A stretch of 64,000 nucleotides of DNA from Octopus sinensis (Eukaryota), in NCBI RefSeq assembly GCF_006345805.1, contig NC_043002.1, forward strand, positions 85,746,001 through 85,810,000. Direction: 5' to 3'. Shown here in pieces: positions 13,519 through 26,382 of the stretch; within the stretch, counting starts at the first letter, position 1, and every line of letters starts with the position of its first letter. The notes beneath the pieces were generated by a model. That model was not told the DNA's origin, searched no databases, and saw nothing but the letters and a program-made list of their open reading frames with translations. A program made the position numbers and the translations under genes.

Positions 13519-13905
13519 TTTTTTACTCTTTTACTTGTTTCAGTCATTTGACTGAGCACCGCCTTTAGTTGAACAAATCGACCCCAGGACTTATTCTTTG
13601 TAAGCCTAGTACTTATTCTATCGGTCTCTTTTGTTGAACCGCTAAGTTATGGGGATGTAAACACACCAGATCAGTTGTCAAGCGATGTTGGGCGGACAAA
13701 CACAGACACACAAACTCACACACACACACACACACATATATACAACTGTCTTCTATCAGTTTCCATCTACCAAATCCACTCACAAGGCTTTGGTCAGCCC
13801 GAGGCTATAGTAGAAGACACTTGCCCAAGGTGTCATGCAGTGGGAATGAACCCAGAACCATGTGGTTGGTAAGCAAGCTACTTACCACACAGCCACTCCT
13901 GCGCC
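13516..13905 (-). mobile_element. SINE family B, full length
   Basis: Ends in cttaccacacagccactcctgcgcc (reverse-complemented head). Confidence 0.85.
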
Positions 13906-15096
13906 TCATCGACATTATTTCACATCCACCTTCATGGGTTGGATGGTTTTCGACAGGACAGCATCATGCTTCAACTGTTTTAGTGTAGTTTCTATGGTTG
14001 GATACCAATCCTACTGCCAATCACATTAGAGCATAAGGTTACCTTATGACCAGGTAGACTAAAAAACAGCCACAGTTGGAAGAAGGACATGAGAGAGTGT
14101 GTGATGATTCTTGGCAAGGTGATGAGAGGAACAGAATTATTGTTGTGGGGAGGTGGTAATGGGAGTAAAAAATTCTGGAATTCTAATCATTTCCATTACC
14201 CTTCATCAATGTAGTCAAGCTAATGAAGAAACTTGTACATTGTCGTATTCAGCTTGCTAGAAAAAGCAGCCAAATTTCTCTTGAGTCGTCATATTGTTTT
14301 TAAAAAATGGTAAGATATACTGGAAAATGTCATTCTAATTATACTCTTTTGGTGGGAAAAAAGATGGGATGGTCACAACTGGAGCATCTTTGATCATAGG
14401 CTTATTTACTTATAGTTCTTAACTTACTCATCTCTTTGAAATATAGAAACACACATGAAGAATGGCCAACACAAGAAAGGCAGGAATAACTTTGGAAAAT
14501 TTTCATTTTACGTTTCAATTCAAACCTTTAAAACTAGATTTCGCAAAATTAATGAATTCAACCCAAATAATTACTGAATCCTCCCTATGAAATATTTAAC
14601 GATATAAATGATTGATTCATCTCCATATCTCACCTTCCATTATACATCATTTTTCTTGACTAAAATCAAGCTCAATAATAGAAAGAAAAAAAGATTTGTA
14701 GTCAATTTGTCAATACATTGATCAATCATAGTCAGTATATTGATCCTCCTTTTGTGGCTCATTACGATTTATAATTATTGATCTTTCTAGACATTTCACC
14801 TCAGGCAGAATTACTGACCTTTCTTCCCCTGTTCTCCACAATGTAATTATGAGCTTCTCTCAACAACTCTTCACCTTCTCTCTTTTAAAGCAGTGTATCC
14901 CCAACCTTTCTCATGCTGCACACTCTTAGAAAACATTTGATTAATTTTCATGCCCCCCTACAAAACTAATGTCACATCTGAAGAAGAAAAGGTCAGTTTT
15001 CTAATGATTAATTTTTTTTTTTCTAATTGAATCACGTACAGTAATGTGAGTGAACAAACAACTCATATAATAAACTTTTGACTCAGTGCCTAAAAA

Positions 15097-15515
15097 CCAT
15101 CATCTTCATTATCATTTAATATCTGCTTTCCATGTTGGCATGGCTTGGATGGTTTAATAGGAGCTGGCCAGCCGGAGAGCTGCTCAGGCTCCAATTGTCC
15201 ATTTTGGCATGGTTTCTACAGCTAGATGCCCTTCCTAATGCCAACCACTTTACAGAGTGTACTGGATGCTTTATATGTGGAGCCAGCACAGGTGCTTTAT
15301 ATGTGGAACTGGCATAGGTGCATTATATGTGGCACTAGCACAGGTGTTTTCCACATGACAGCAGCACAGGTACTTTGTACATAACACCAGCATGGGTGCT
15401 TTATACATGTCACTGGCATGGGTGCTTTATATGTGGCACCAACATGGGTGCTTTATACATGGCTCCACAGCACATGTGCCTTATACATGGCACCGACATG
15501 GGTGCTTTTCTATAT
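15097..15515 (-). mobile_element. SINE-like family A carrying a ~26-bp minisatellite (about 9 units)
   Basis: Units like tttatatgtggcaccagcatgggtgc at about 15265-15515. Confidence 0.78.
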
Positions 15516-15567
15516 GGCACTTACACATAAATGCAAATATAAACCAAGTAAAAAACTGTTATCAGTC

Positions 15568-15824
15568 ACATCATCATCATCATCTTTTAACGTCTGCTTT
15601 CCATGCTAGCATGGGTTGGACGATTTTGACTGAGAGCTGGCGAACCAGTTGGCTGCACCAGGCTCCAGTCTTGATCTGGTAGAGTTTCTACAGCTGGATG
15701 GCCTTCCTAAATCCAACCACTCCGAGAGTGTAGTGGGTGCTTTCTACGTGCCACTGGCACGGGGGCCAGTTAGGCAGTACTGGCAATGACCTCGCTCGAA
15801 TCTTTTTACACATGCCACCGGCAC
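15568..15824 (-). mobile_element. SINE-like family A
   Basis: Same core. Confidence 0.8.
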
Positions 15825-17193
15825 ATTAGTAAATTAGTTGCAATTGGTGAACATAAGATTCAATTGCTTCTTTATTCCTGCTTCTTATTCATAATTTTGT
15901 CAGAACATGAAAGTTTCTTACCAATTGTGATCCACAGGTCTGTCTGTGGAAGCTAGTGATTCCCAGATTTTGTCTTGAGTGACAAAAGTGAACTGAATCC
16001 AGATTCACCGAAGTATGTCATTGCAAATGAAATGCAGACACAATTCTCCATTATAAACTGTTATGGGTGAAATGTGCATTTGTAGTAAAATAAAGGGATC
16101 TTTCCCAATTTGGCTGTCACTTTTCAATATTTTCAATTTTGTTCCAATTGATTTCAGATTGATGTTGTTTTGTATGCTAATTTTTGACATGACATTTCTT
16201 TTTCACCATAAATCAATAAATAAGCAGTTAATAGCTTTAAAGTTTGCAAATTTTGGGTAATTTCAGCCAACTGAAATCCACAGACATATAGGTGCCCGTT
16301 TCCATAGTAACAAGCTAAGCATTGGAACTCTTGTTTGTGAAAACCCAGTTGTTTACAAACTGATATTTTACACTATGTTTTCCTGTTTGTACCCATCTGT
16401 TGCTGTTTTTTGATATTTTACATTGCATTTCGATAACCACATCTTGAATGCTTAAGACTACAAAATATGTGTTATTCACTAATTTGAGGATCATTTTTCA
16501 CTTATTAAATGCTTAAAACAGGTGCTATCATCACAATGTTGTTGACTTCATGGTTTTGTTGTCTTGTGATTGCAGCCACACACAAAATGATAGCTTCTAA
16601 ATCCTGTTTTCTGATTAAGTAAAAAATCATCAAACTTTAAACCTCTGTAATTTCTTTTAAATATTTTTCTGGAACAAATGAATTAGGCCCTGAGATTCAG
16701 CTTGAAAAATTACATCAATGCACCAAATTTTTAAATTTTCACTTAATTTAAAAATTTTAAAAAGTGCAGCCAAACAGAAAAGATCTAAATAAAGTCCTTG
16801 ATGTGCTTAACAGAATAAAGTTATTTTTAAGAGCTAGCTTATTTCAATTTCCAAAGTGATTTTAATAAAGTGTATACTTACCCTCTATGTCGCACCCACT
16901 GACATGTTATCTAGCACCTCAAGAAGATGCAATCCCCTCCCCCCACCTCACCCTCGTTTGTAAGCTGCTACTTTGAAGTTTAGCATAATGTAATTAATGA
17001 TTCCTTCCTGTAAATTGTCTTGAATATTATAACTTTTTTTTCCATATATTATTTTATTTCAAAGAAATTGAAATGATTGTTTTTTTCTTTCCCCAAACTT
17101 ATTTTGCTTTTTAATTTTAAAACATAAAATGCATAATCTTTAAATAAAACCTGTATTTTTTTTTTTTTTGTTACAGAGAAGCAAGTGACAAAG

Positions 17194-17640
17194 ATGACTA
17201 CAAAAATTGATCACCTCATAGCACGGCTCGGCGACCCAGGTCGATTCCAACTGCTGCTTAGCCTGTTTCTGGGGCTCAACATGTTCCCTATTTTTTTCAA
17301 CAACATTGTGAATACATTCTACTTATTACAGACACCTTACCGGTGCAAATCCACCATTGCTGCTGAAATGGCTATGACCTATAACACCAACTACAGCAGT
17401 ACCAGTATTAGTGATGATGGAGGAGGAGGTGATGGAACTGGGGGAGGAGGAGGAGGAGGCAGTTTAACTCTCAACAGCACTGGCACCAAATATATGAACC
17501 TGATCACTCCCAGTGAAGAGTATGGAGATGAGTGTTTGCTGAAAGTGATTAATGAGTCAACAGGAGCCAATTACAGCACTACTTGTGATGTTGGGTGGAA
17601 GTTTGAACCAGTGGACAATGAATGGACAATAATAGCAGAG
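17194..17640 (+). CDS. SLC22-like coding exon 1 (TM1 + large extracellular loop)
   Basis: ATG at 17194 follows a polyT-TACAG acceptor (AG 17175-17176), so at least one 5' UTR exon lies upstream. MTTKIDHLIARLGDPGRFQ...WTIIAE; donor GAG|gtcagt. Confidence 0.92.
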
Positions 17641-18380
17641 GTCAGTGAGCTCTTTAAACAATTGTTTTTACATATCCCTTCCAAAGTACTCTATATGTAT
17701 TTGTTTGTCTGACACAGCATGCATTAACTGCAGAAAAGAGTAGAGGTTAAAAAATGATGAAGGTTGAAGAATGCTGTGTTACAAATCTATCCATTTTATG
17801 CTAGCATCGGAAAACACATATGGGTGAGCTGACAGAATTGTAACTGAGTTGGTTAAAATACTTGGCAATATTTCTTGCTTTTTGCATTCTGAGTTCAAAT
17901 ACTGGTTTCAAATTTTAGTACAAGGCCAGCAAGTTGGGGGAGAAGGGCTAGTTGGTTACATCAACTCCAGTGCTTAACTGGTACTTATTTTCCCACTCCA
18001 ACAGGATGAGAGGCAAAGTCAACTTTGGTGGAATTTGAACTCAGTAATGGTTCCAAAGCAGTTTTTACATACCACCCTAAGTTGTTTTCCTCTGCTTCAA
18101 CACAATTGTGACAACTGATCAAACCTCTCCCACCCTTTCTTCTGGACAAATACAACCTATCAGTGTCAGTCTTGGGCTGGAATGCTCCATGCACCGTCAA
18201 TAGTTTCTGTGTTTTGGTATCCATACTCATCAGTTCATTCTTTTGTCAGTTTATGATTCCAGCTCCATACCAAAGTGATGCTATCACCCACGTATTCACT
18301 GCTTGGATTTTATTCCGTCCATCAATCTTAGTCTTTGGAAATATTCTTTCTTCTGCTGTTCTTTCATTTCCTTCTTCATG

Positions 18381-18440
<60 letters not shown>

Positions 18441-18676
18441 TAGTTTTATTTTTATAGCGTGCTTTCACTTCACTACCGAGCGCAGCTCTGTGTGCCTTGG
18501 GTATGTGCTGTGATTTGTTGTGGTGCTCTGATGCTTACTATATTGAAAGTGTTTTGCGTAGGATGTGTGCAGTGCCCAGTAGTGCAATTTTCTGTATGTT
18601 ATATATGTTTGTAAGTCCTGGTGTTTTTGTTATGTATTTGTCTGAATATTTATTATCATTATTATTATTATTATTA

Positions 18677-18722
<46 letters not shown>

Positions 18723-21412
18723 CATATTATTATTATTATTATTATCATTATTATTATTATTATTATTATTATATTATTATTATTATTATTATCATTATTA
18801 TTATTATTATTATTATTATTTCACGTTCTCAGTTCAAATTCTGCCAAGGTCAGCTTTGCTTTTCATCCTTCCGAGGTCAATATAAATAACTACTAGTTGA
18901 ACACTGAAGTCGATATAATCAACTTACCTCTCCCGTAAAATTCCTAGCCTTGTACCAAAATTTGACATCATTATTATTATTATTGAGTGAGAGAACAGGG
19001 AATGCCATCAAAGTGACACTTGGTAGCATTTGTTCTAGCATTTTATGTTCAGAGTTCAGATTTCACCAAGGTCAACTTTGCTTTTTCTCCTTCCAGAGAA
19101 AATAAAATAAATTATCAATCAGGGGCTGGGATCAAATTAATTGACAAACCCCTCTCCCCCAAATGTACTGCCTTGCACCTATTTTATAAACAATTATCAT
19201 GCAAGTGAAGTCAGTGATCTGGTAGAATCTTCAACACACTGGACGAAATATTTAACAGCTGACTTTGTGTTCTGAGTTCAAATGCCACCAAAGTCGACTT
19301 TACCTTTCATCATTTCAGGTCCAATAAAAATAAGTACCAGTTAAGCACTGATAGCCCCCTCACACCCCTAAAATTTCTGGCCTTGTGCCAAAATTTGAAA
19401 CTATTATGCAAGTCAGTGGTTTCCAAAGTGGTGGTACAGCCCCACTCCCTGGAGTTGGTGGAAATATCGGGAGGAGGGGGGGCATTGAAGAAAAGTGGGG
19501 CAATAAGAGGGTAGCTGAAAGGGGGCAATTGATGTATAAAAGCAAACAAAATAATGGATTAATTAGGTTAAGTTTTAATTGTAAAATTACAGTTGTTTAT
19601 AATTTGCTGCAGAAAGTAGTCTACATTTGTGGTGGCGACTGGATGGGGTGAGGGGGGGCGTTAGGAATGTGGCCTGGGTGCCAAGTGGGTGGTGGCCTGA
19701 AAAAATTTGGGAATCACTAATGTAGGTTAATCAGAAGAGTGTAAAGTATCCACAACATTTTCAGGCTTTCCCAGTTTGTTGGGATTAATGTAATTGATGT
19801 TCAGCCTGGAGTTTTGTAAGTATTTCAAAACAGTATTTCAAAACTGAAAAAAAAAAAAGAAACCCTTGGGTAGGAGATTATGATGGTGGTGGTGGTCATG
19901 ATGGTCATAGGTGGTGGCAGCAGCAGTAGCGAGGGCGATGATGATGGTGGTGGTGGTGGTGGTGAGCTGGCAGAAACGTTAGCACACCAGGCAAAATGTC
20001 GTTTTGTTCTGAGTTCAAATTCCGCCGAGGTCGACTTCGCCTTTCATCCTTTCGGGGTTGATAAAATAAGTACCAGTTACGCACTGGGATCGATATAATC
20101 AACTTAATCCGTTTGTCTGTCCTTGTTTGTCCTCTCTGTGTTTAGCTCCTTGTGGGTAGTAAAGAAATAGGTGGTGGTGGTGGTGGTGGTGGTGTGATGA
20201 TATAGATATTATTCATTTCTCTTTAGGTGTGATATGTTGAGTTCATAAAATATCCTGACCACCTACTGATGTTTCAGCTGTCTCGAGTTCATAAATACTC
20301 GCTTCACTATCGGGTTTTCCAGTGTCTCTAAGGCACACTTATTCTATGCTTCATTTGATAAACTCAGTTCACTGATTGCTGTTTATGACTTCGTGAACAC
20401 TTCTGTAAGATAGGTAATAAAATTTCCCAATAAACAGAGGGAAGTACATTGTATTAGGTTGATGAACACTAATAATATTTATTTATTTATTTATTTAACC
20501 CTTTTATGATACCATTTCTACTAAAATACACTCTTTTATCTATTATCCTTTGCTTGTTTCAGTCATTGGACTGCATCCATGCTGAGGCACTACTTTGAGG
20601 GGTTTAATCAAACAAACTCCACTACTTAGTTTTTAAAGCCTGATTCTTATTCTATTCGTCTCTTTTGTTGAACCACTAAGTTACAGAGACACAAACAAAC
20701 CAACACCAGTTGTCAAGCAGTGACGAAAGGATAAAAATTCAAGGACACATGTTATGTTAGCTTAAAAGTTGCCTTATCAGGTGGCTTCTAAGCTAATGAA
20801 GAGCCCTCCTGTGGAGGGATCTTCATTAGGCCTCGGGCCCAACAATGACACCTCATGCATTGAGTACATATTAAATTTTATGAAACTTCAACAATATTTT
20901 TCAAGCATTGAACAATTTTCATCAAAACAATGAAATAATTTGTTGACTTGGAACTTATTGGCAAAGCTGCATGATAAACAACAGTACCACCACCATTGCC
21001 ACCACATCTGCCATACACACACCATTCAGACTTCTGATGCCACCACTATCAATACTTTTGACTTTGCCACCTTCTACTCCGCCACCATCACCACTGTCTT
21101 TCATGTCGCTTACTCTCACTGTCATCCCTAACTGCCTTGGCTACCACTACCACCACCACTACTTCATCTCCGCCGCCTCTGCCTCTATCACAACTACAAC
21201 TCATACTATTACTATCACCCCATTACCATCACAAAAAGGCTAAATGTATGTGTAAAAGAATTCAATGTTCATTATGTTCAGTCCCTCTTTCTCTCACATA
21301 CCCACTCTTTCTCTCTCTCTCTCTCTCTCTTATTATTACTCCCACTGCCACCATTAACATTACTACTTTTAATAAAATATCAACTTTCCCTAAATTTCTT
21401 TGTCTCTCTTTT

Positions 21413-21447
<35 letters not shown>

Positions 21448-24400
21448 GTCTGTCTTTGCCACCACCTTCACCGTCTCTATGCCTACTATTACTCTCACCC
21501 CAACATGAGCAATAGTAGAAGTGTCATTGAATAGTGATAGAGGGGTGTCAAAGTGTGACACACTGACACACAGAAATTAGTTTTTATATTAAACTGCATC
21601 CAGTAATAAGGATCCAGTTTAGGCATTTAGCAGGAGTTTTGGTGAATATGCAATCACACCTTGTGCCATGTCCAGGTCTACTCTGGCCCAGGATGATAGT
21701 ATCTATCAAAGGGCCCAGTTATAGGCCAAATAGCTATCTTCCTCAAGTGAATATTCAGAAGAGCAAGTGACTAGCAGAAAGTAATGGGAAATATTGCTGT
21801 ATTTTTCACAAGGAAAATCACAACTCTTCAGACTTTTACATGAAGGTCCAGGATCATTGTCACCTGTAGGAATTTCATACTGGGAGAGAGTAAGGGGGAT
21901 GGAGAGAGAGAGATGTTATCAATATAAATATAAAATAGTGAGCTGGTAGAATCATTAACATGCTGGGCAAAATGCTTAGCAGTATTTTGTCGAACTTTAC
22001 ATTCTGAGTTCAAATACTGCTGGGGTTGACTTTGCTTTCATCCTTTCGGGGGTAATAAAATAAGTACCAGTTGAACACTGTGGTCGATGTAATCAGCTTC
22101 TCTTCTCTCCCAAACTTGATGGCCTTATGCCAAAATTTGAAACCAATATCAAAATAAATATGTTATGATCATGTCAAAAATATAATTGCGCAATAGATAT
22201 TTTATAAATACAACATTTAAAGTTTATATGATTCAGATATTTTCTCTCTTAAGCCCTTCACTCCCTAAGGAACATAAATCATCAATGACTTTTCTCCACT
22301 GTTCTCAACTCTACTTCTGTTTAGTTAAATCCCTGCTCTTCCTTGTAGCTTCCTTTTGGATCTTGCTGCTGTGTGTCATGTGTTTCCCTGGGTGAAGGCC
22401 TTCCTCCACTCCCAGGTCTTGTTGGTTTTGAATTGTCATCATTGCTTTTATCTAGCTTGAGCTGTTGCCCCTATGCAAACCCATATTTACCTCAGGGAAG
22501 CAGTGGTCCATAAAAGTCTGGCCTTTATCCTTTGACTTGTGCAGTAAGAGAAGTCCTACTAGGACCTTGTGTTCTCCTAGCATAGCTTTCAGGGTCATTA
22601 AGGCACTCAAGACACCTCACCTCAACAAGGACCAGACCTTGTGGTGGATGATACAGATATATTTTGAACATATTTAGGATCTTTTCGGTTTGAACAGCAG
22701 TTTTTAACATAATTTCTAGGTAACTAAAACATCTTTTTCTCTTGGCTTTATTGAGAAAATTCTATAGTTTGTAAGATATTTGGTCTTTAATTTCTTGCAT
22801 TTCAGCAATTTCATCCAATCAATGACCGTCTATTGAGGTGAAAACATTCTGTGCCATATGAATATGTCCCTCGTTTAAGAAACAGATTGGGTTTATTTAC
22901 ATTTATGAAAAAAAAAATATACCCTTCCCCCACCCCTAACCCTAACTAACCCTAACCCTAAAACAGATTGAAATACAATAGATCGATACTAGGGTCATAA
23001 TTGAGGACTTGTACTTATGTTAGAAAGAAACATCTGGTACCAAACATCAAATTCCATATTGTCAAGTCCAATACAAGTAGACTGTAATCTATTTTGATTA
23101 TTTTCAATCTATTTGCCACTGATTTGTCATTTGAAGCCTAGAGATTTGCATAATTCGTTTTGTACGGTCTTCAGCATTATTTTTTTCTTCTTTTAATGGT
23201 TCACTTATTGGACTTTGGTCAAGCTGGGGCACTACCTTCAAGTATTTAAGTTAATCATATTGATTTCAGTACTTTCTTCAGTCTGGTGCTTATTTTATCA
23301 AACTCTGTTTACTGAACTGCTAAGTTATAGTTTTTCACATAAGTGAGACCTTTCACAGTGGTTTATTTTGATAAACCTAAACACAATAGTGTTGTGACAG
23401 ATGTGTGTTAATGAAGGGAAAGAGTTAATTTGAATGTTTAATAACTATCAAAGTATTAAAGATTTCATTTTGGGATTTGGTTTGCAAGATTCTTTATGTG
23501 AGTTTGTGTGTTGAAGCATATTCTCTTGTGTCTGGGCAGTTATTTTCTTTTTGTGCCTTATAATTTAACACACTCACCAGTAAAATTTCCACTTTTTCCT
23601 TATTTTTATTTTCCTAACATTTTCATTGTGTCTTACAACCTTATTGAAAAGGTTGCAAGTTGCAACGAAAATTTTAGAAAATAAAAATAAGAAATAAGTG
23701 GAAATTTTACTGGTGAGTGTGTTAAATTGTAAGGCACAAAAAGAAAATGACTCTCCCCAAACACAACAGAATATTAAATATTTATTTAGAGATATATTTG
23801 TATTTATTCTTTTGAAAGGTCCCTGTAGATTACTTTATTCTTGCTTTGATAGTGTTTTAGTTTAAAGAAAGAAAGGTAGAAATTTCTTCAAACATGCTAC
23901 ATCAAATTGGAGGCAGTTAGTAATTCAACTTTTCTTTTTGAATAAAATGCACAAGCACACATATTCTGTATTTATTATATATTTATGTACACAGATACAT
24001 ATATAGTCTCTTTACTCTTTACTTGTTTCAGTCATTTAACTGCGGCCATGCTGGAGCACCGCCTTTAGTCAAGCAAATCGACCCCGGGACTTATTCATTG
24101 TAAGCCCAGTACTTATTCTATCGGTCTCTTTTGCCGAACCGCTAAGTGATGGGGATGTAAACACACCAGCATCGGTTGTCAAGCAATGCTAGGGGGACAA
24201 ACACAGACACACAAACACACACACACATACATATATATATATACATATATAGGACAGGCTTCTTTCAGTTTTCGTTTACCAAATCCACTCACAAGGCATT
24301 GGTCGGCCCGGGGCTATAGCAGAAGACACTTGCCAAGATGCCACACAGTGGGACTGAACCCGGAACCATGTGGTTGGTTAGCAAGCTACTTACCACACAG

Positions 24401-26340
24401 CCACTCCTGCGCCTATACTGTATTTATATTTGAGATTGCACAGGAAAATTTCAAGCATCAGTTGGCACCCATTTTTGTTCTTAAAATCAGTAATGAGGAT
24501 TTTCCTCTTTTTTCTTTACACTCAATTATAAAACTACACCCATTCTTAACTTTAATATCTTATATTAAATATCTGATATTATACTTATCAGTAAATATGG
24601 TAAATTTATCTACATTTTTGCATCTCTGTATGCATTTATGAATTTAATATTATCTATCTTTTCTCTTGTCTTTATTTCAGTGGGATCTAATATGTAACCG
24701 TTCCTATATGAGTTCACTGGTGGTAACCATTTATTTTCTTGGAGTCATGGTTGGTGGTCTCCTTTTTGGTTTCTTGGCTGATAAATTTGGTAGAAAGCCT
24801 GTGATGTTAATTTGCCTTTATATTCCCATTGTTCTTGGAACAATTGCAGCTCATGTCCAACACTATGAAATCTTCTCAGTTCTACGTTTTTTAACAGGAA
24901 TTTGTATCCAGGTAAGATTTCTGTTTCTTTTCTAAAATTTTCATTTGTATCTATTATATTTCATATAAAAATAAGATTGATATTTAAATACCAATCTTAT
25001 CAGGTGGCCAGCATGGGAATAAAAACCTTTCAAAGGTAATAATTATTTAAAATTATGATTTAGGGTATCTAAGAGATACCACCACACTGGAAATAGCAGT
25101 CAAAACTTGACTCTAAAACCACATTAAATGTTCATACAGCACCAGGAGAGAAGACAAAGAGAAATAATTTACTATCAAAAAATTACTGGACTTTGCATAA
25201 GAAACACTTTGCCTTCATCAGTGGAATATACTCAGATAGCACATAAATACAAATATATATATATACTCTTACTCTTTTACTCTTTTACTTGTTTCAGTCA
25301 TTTTGACTGCGGCCATGCTGGAGCACCGCCTTTTAGTCGAGCAACTCGACCCCGGGACTCATTCTTTTTATAAGCCCAGTACTTATTCTATCGGTCTCTT
25401 TTTGCCGAACTGCTAAGTGACGGGGATGTAAACACACCAGCATCGGTTGTCAAGCAATGCTAGGGGAACAAACACAGACACACAAACACACACACATACA
25501 TATATATATATACATATATAGGACAGGCTTCTTTCAGTTTCCGTCTACCAAATCCACTCACAAGGCATTGATCGGCCCGGGGCTATAGCAGAAGACACTT
25601 GCCCAAGATGCCACGCAGTGGGACTGAACCCGGAACCATGTGGTGGGTTAGCAAGCTACTTACCACACAGCCACCCCTGCACCTATATATATATATATAT
25701 ATACAACATACAATATACCTACATATATGAACGTATGCATACATATATATGCACGTATGCACATGACCAGTTTAAATTGCCCACTTTAAAACTCCTCGTG
25801 CAATATGGTCAGAATAACACCACAGTGAATATAATGACAAAATAAATTTGAAAGGTTTTTATTCCCATGAACATTTTTTTGTGCTCAGAATGGTTGATGC
25901 ATGGAATAAACTACCCATGTCAATCCTTAGCTGTCAAGACACTACACCCTTCAAAACTTCCATATTTTCTGAAATCCATCAACAGTACACCAGATGGTTG
26001 TTTTTTTTTTCTTAGTTGTAGTGCACCTGAGCACTGTATACAACAGTTTCTTTCATATATACATATATCAGTTAGTAGTTCTAAAACATTACAGCAGTAA
26101 TATTTGGAAGATTGTTTGTTATGGACAGTCAATGAGTAGCCATTGCTTTCATGCCTCTCAGCCACATAGGCAACTTGCTGGGGTTTTTATGCCGCAAGCC
26201 ATTTGAGTCTGACAAGTCAGCTGAGTGCTTTATAGGTGCAAAACCAACAGTCACTCTCTGACTAGCCATAACAAAGAACCTTCTGTGTATGTGAGTCTGT
26301 GTGTTGTTGTGCAGGGCTTATTTTGTGAATCACATAACAC

Positions 26341-26382
<42 letters not shown>

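Larger units (their letters stand above)
14891..16080 (-). mobile_element. hAT (Charlie/Buster-like) 3' remnant interrupted by two family A SINEs
   Basis: - strand ISFAMTYFGESGFSSLLSLKTKSGNH*LPQTDLWITI...KIMNKKQE*RSN* at about 16040-15850 matches the hAT C-terminal TYLCESGFS...KTK.RNRL region. hAT-type terminus cagtgtatccccaaccttt at 14891; linking it to the same element is inferred. Confidence 0.72.

Noticed and set aside
15265-15515. CRISPR-like periodicity (also 62229-62480)
   Set aside because: Units are contiguous and degenerate with no unique spacers, lie inside a SINE, and there are no cas genes in this eukaryotic context.
11480-16080. The two hAT fragments as one interrupted element
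   Set aside because: On the - strand the C-terminal piece lies upstream of the N-terminal piece, and they resemble different subgroups.
17641-17712. Extension of the ORF-track protein (VSELFKQ...) as real coding sequence
   Set aside because: It is intron read-through; homology continues at WDLIC in exon 2.
22930-22965. (CCCTAA)n as a telomere or fusion scar
   Set aside because: Only a few units, and they are internal to a MITE present twice in the window.
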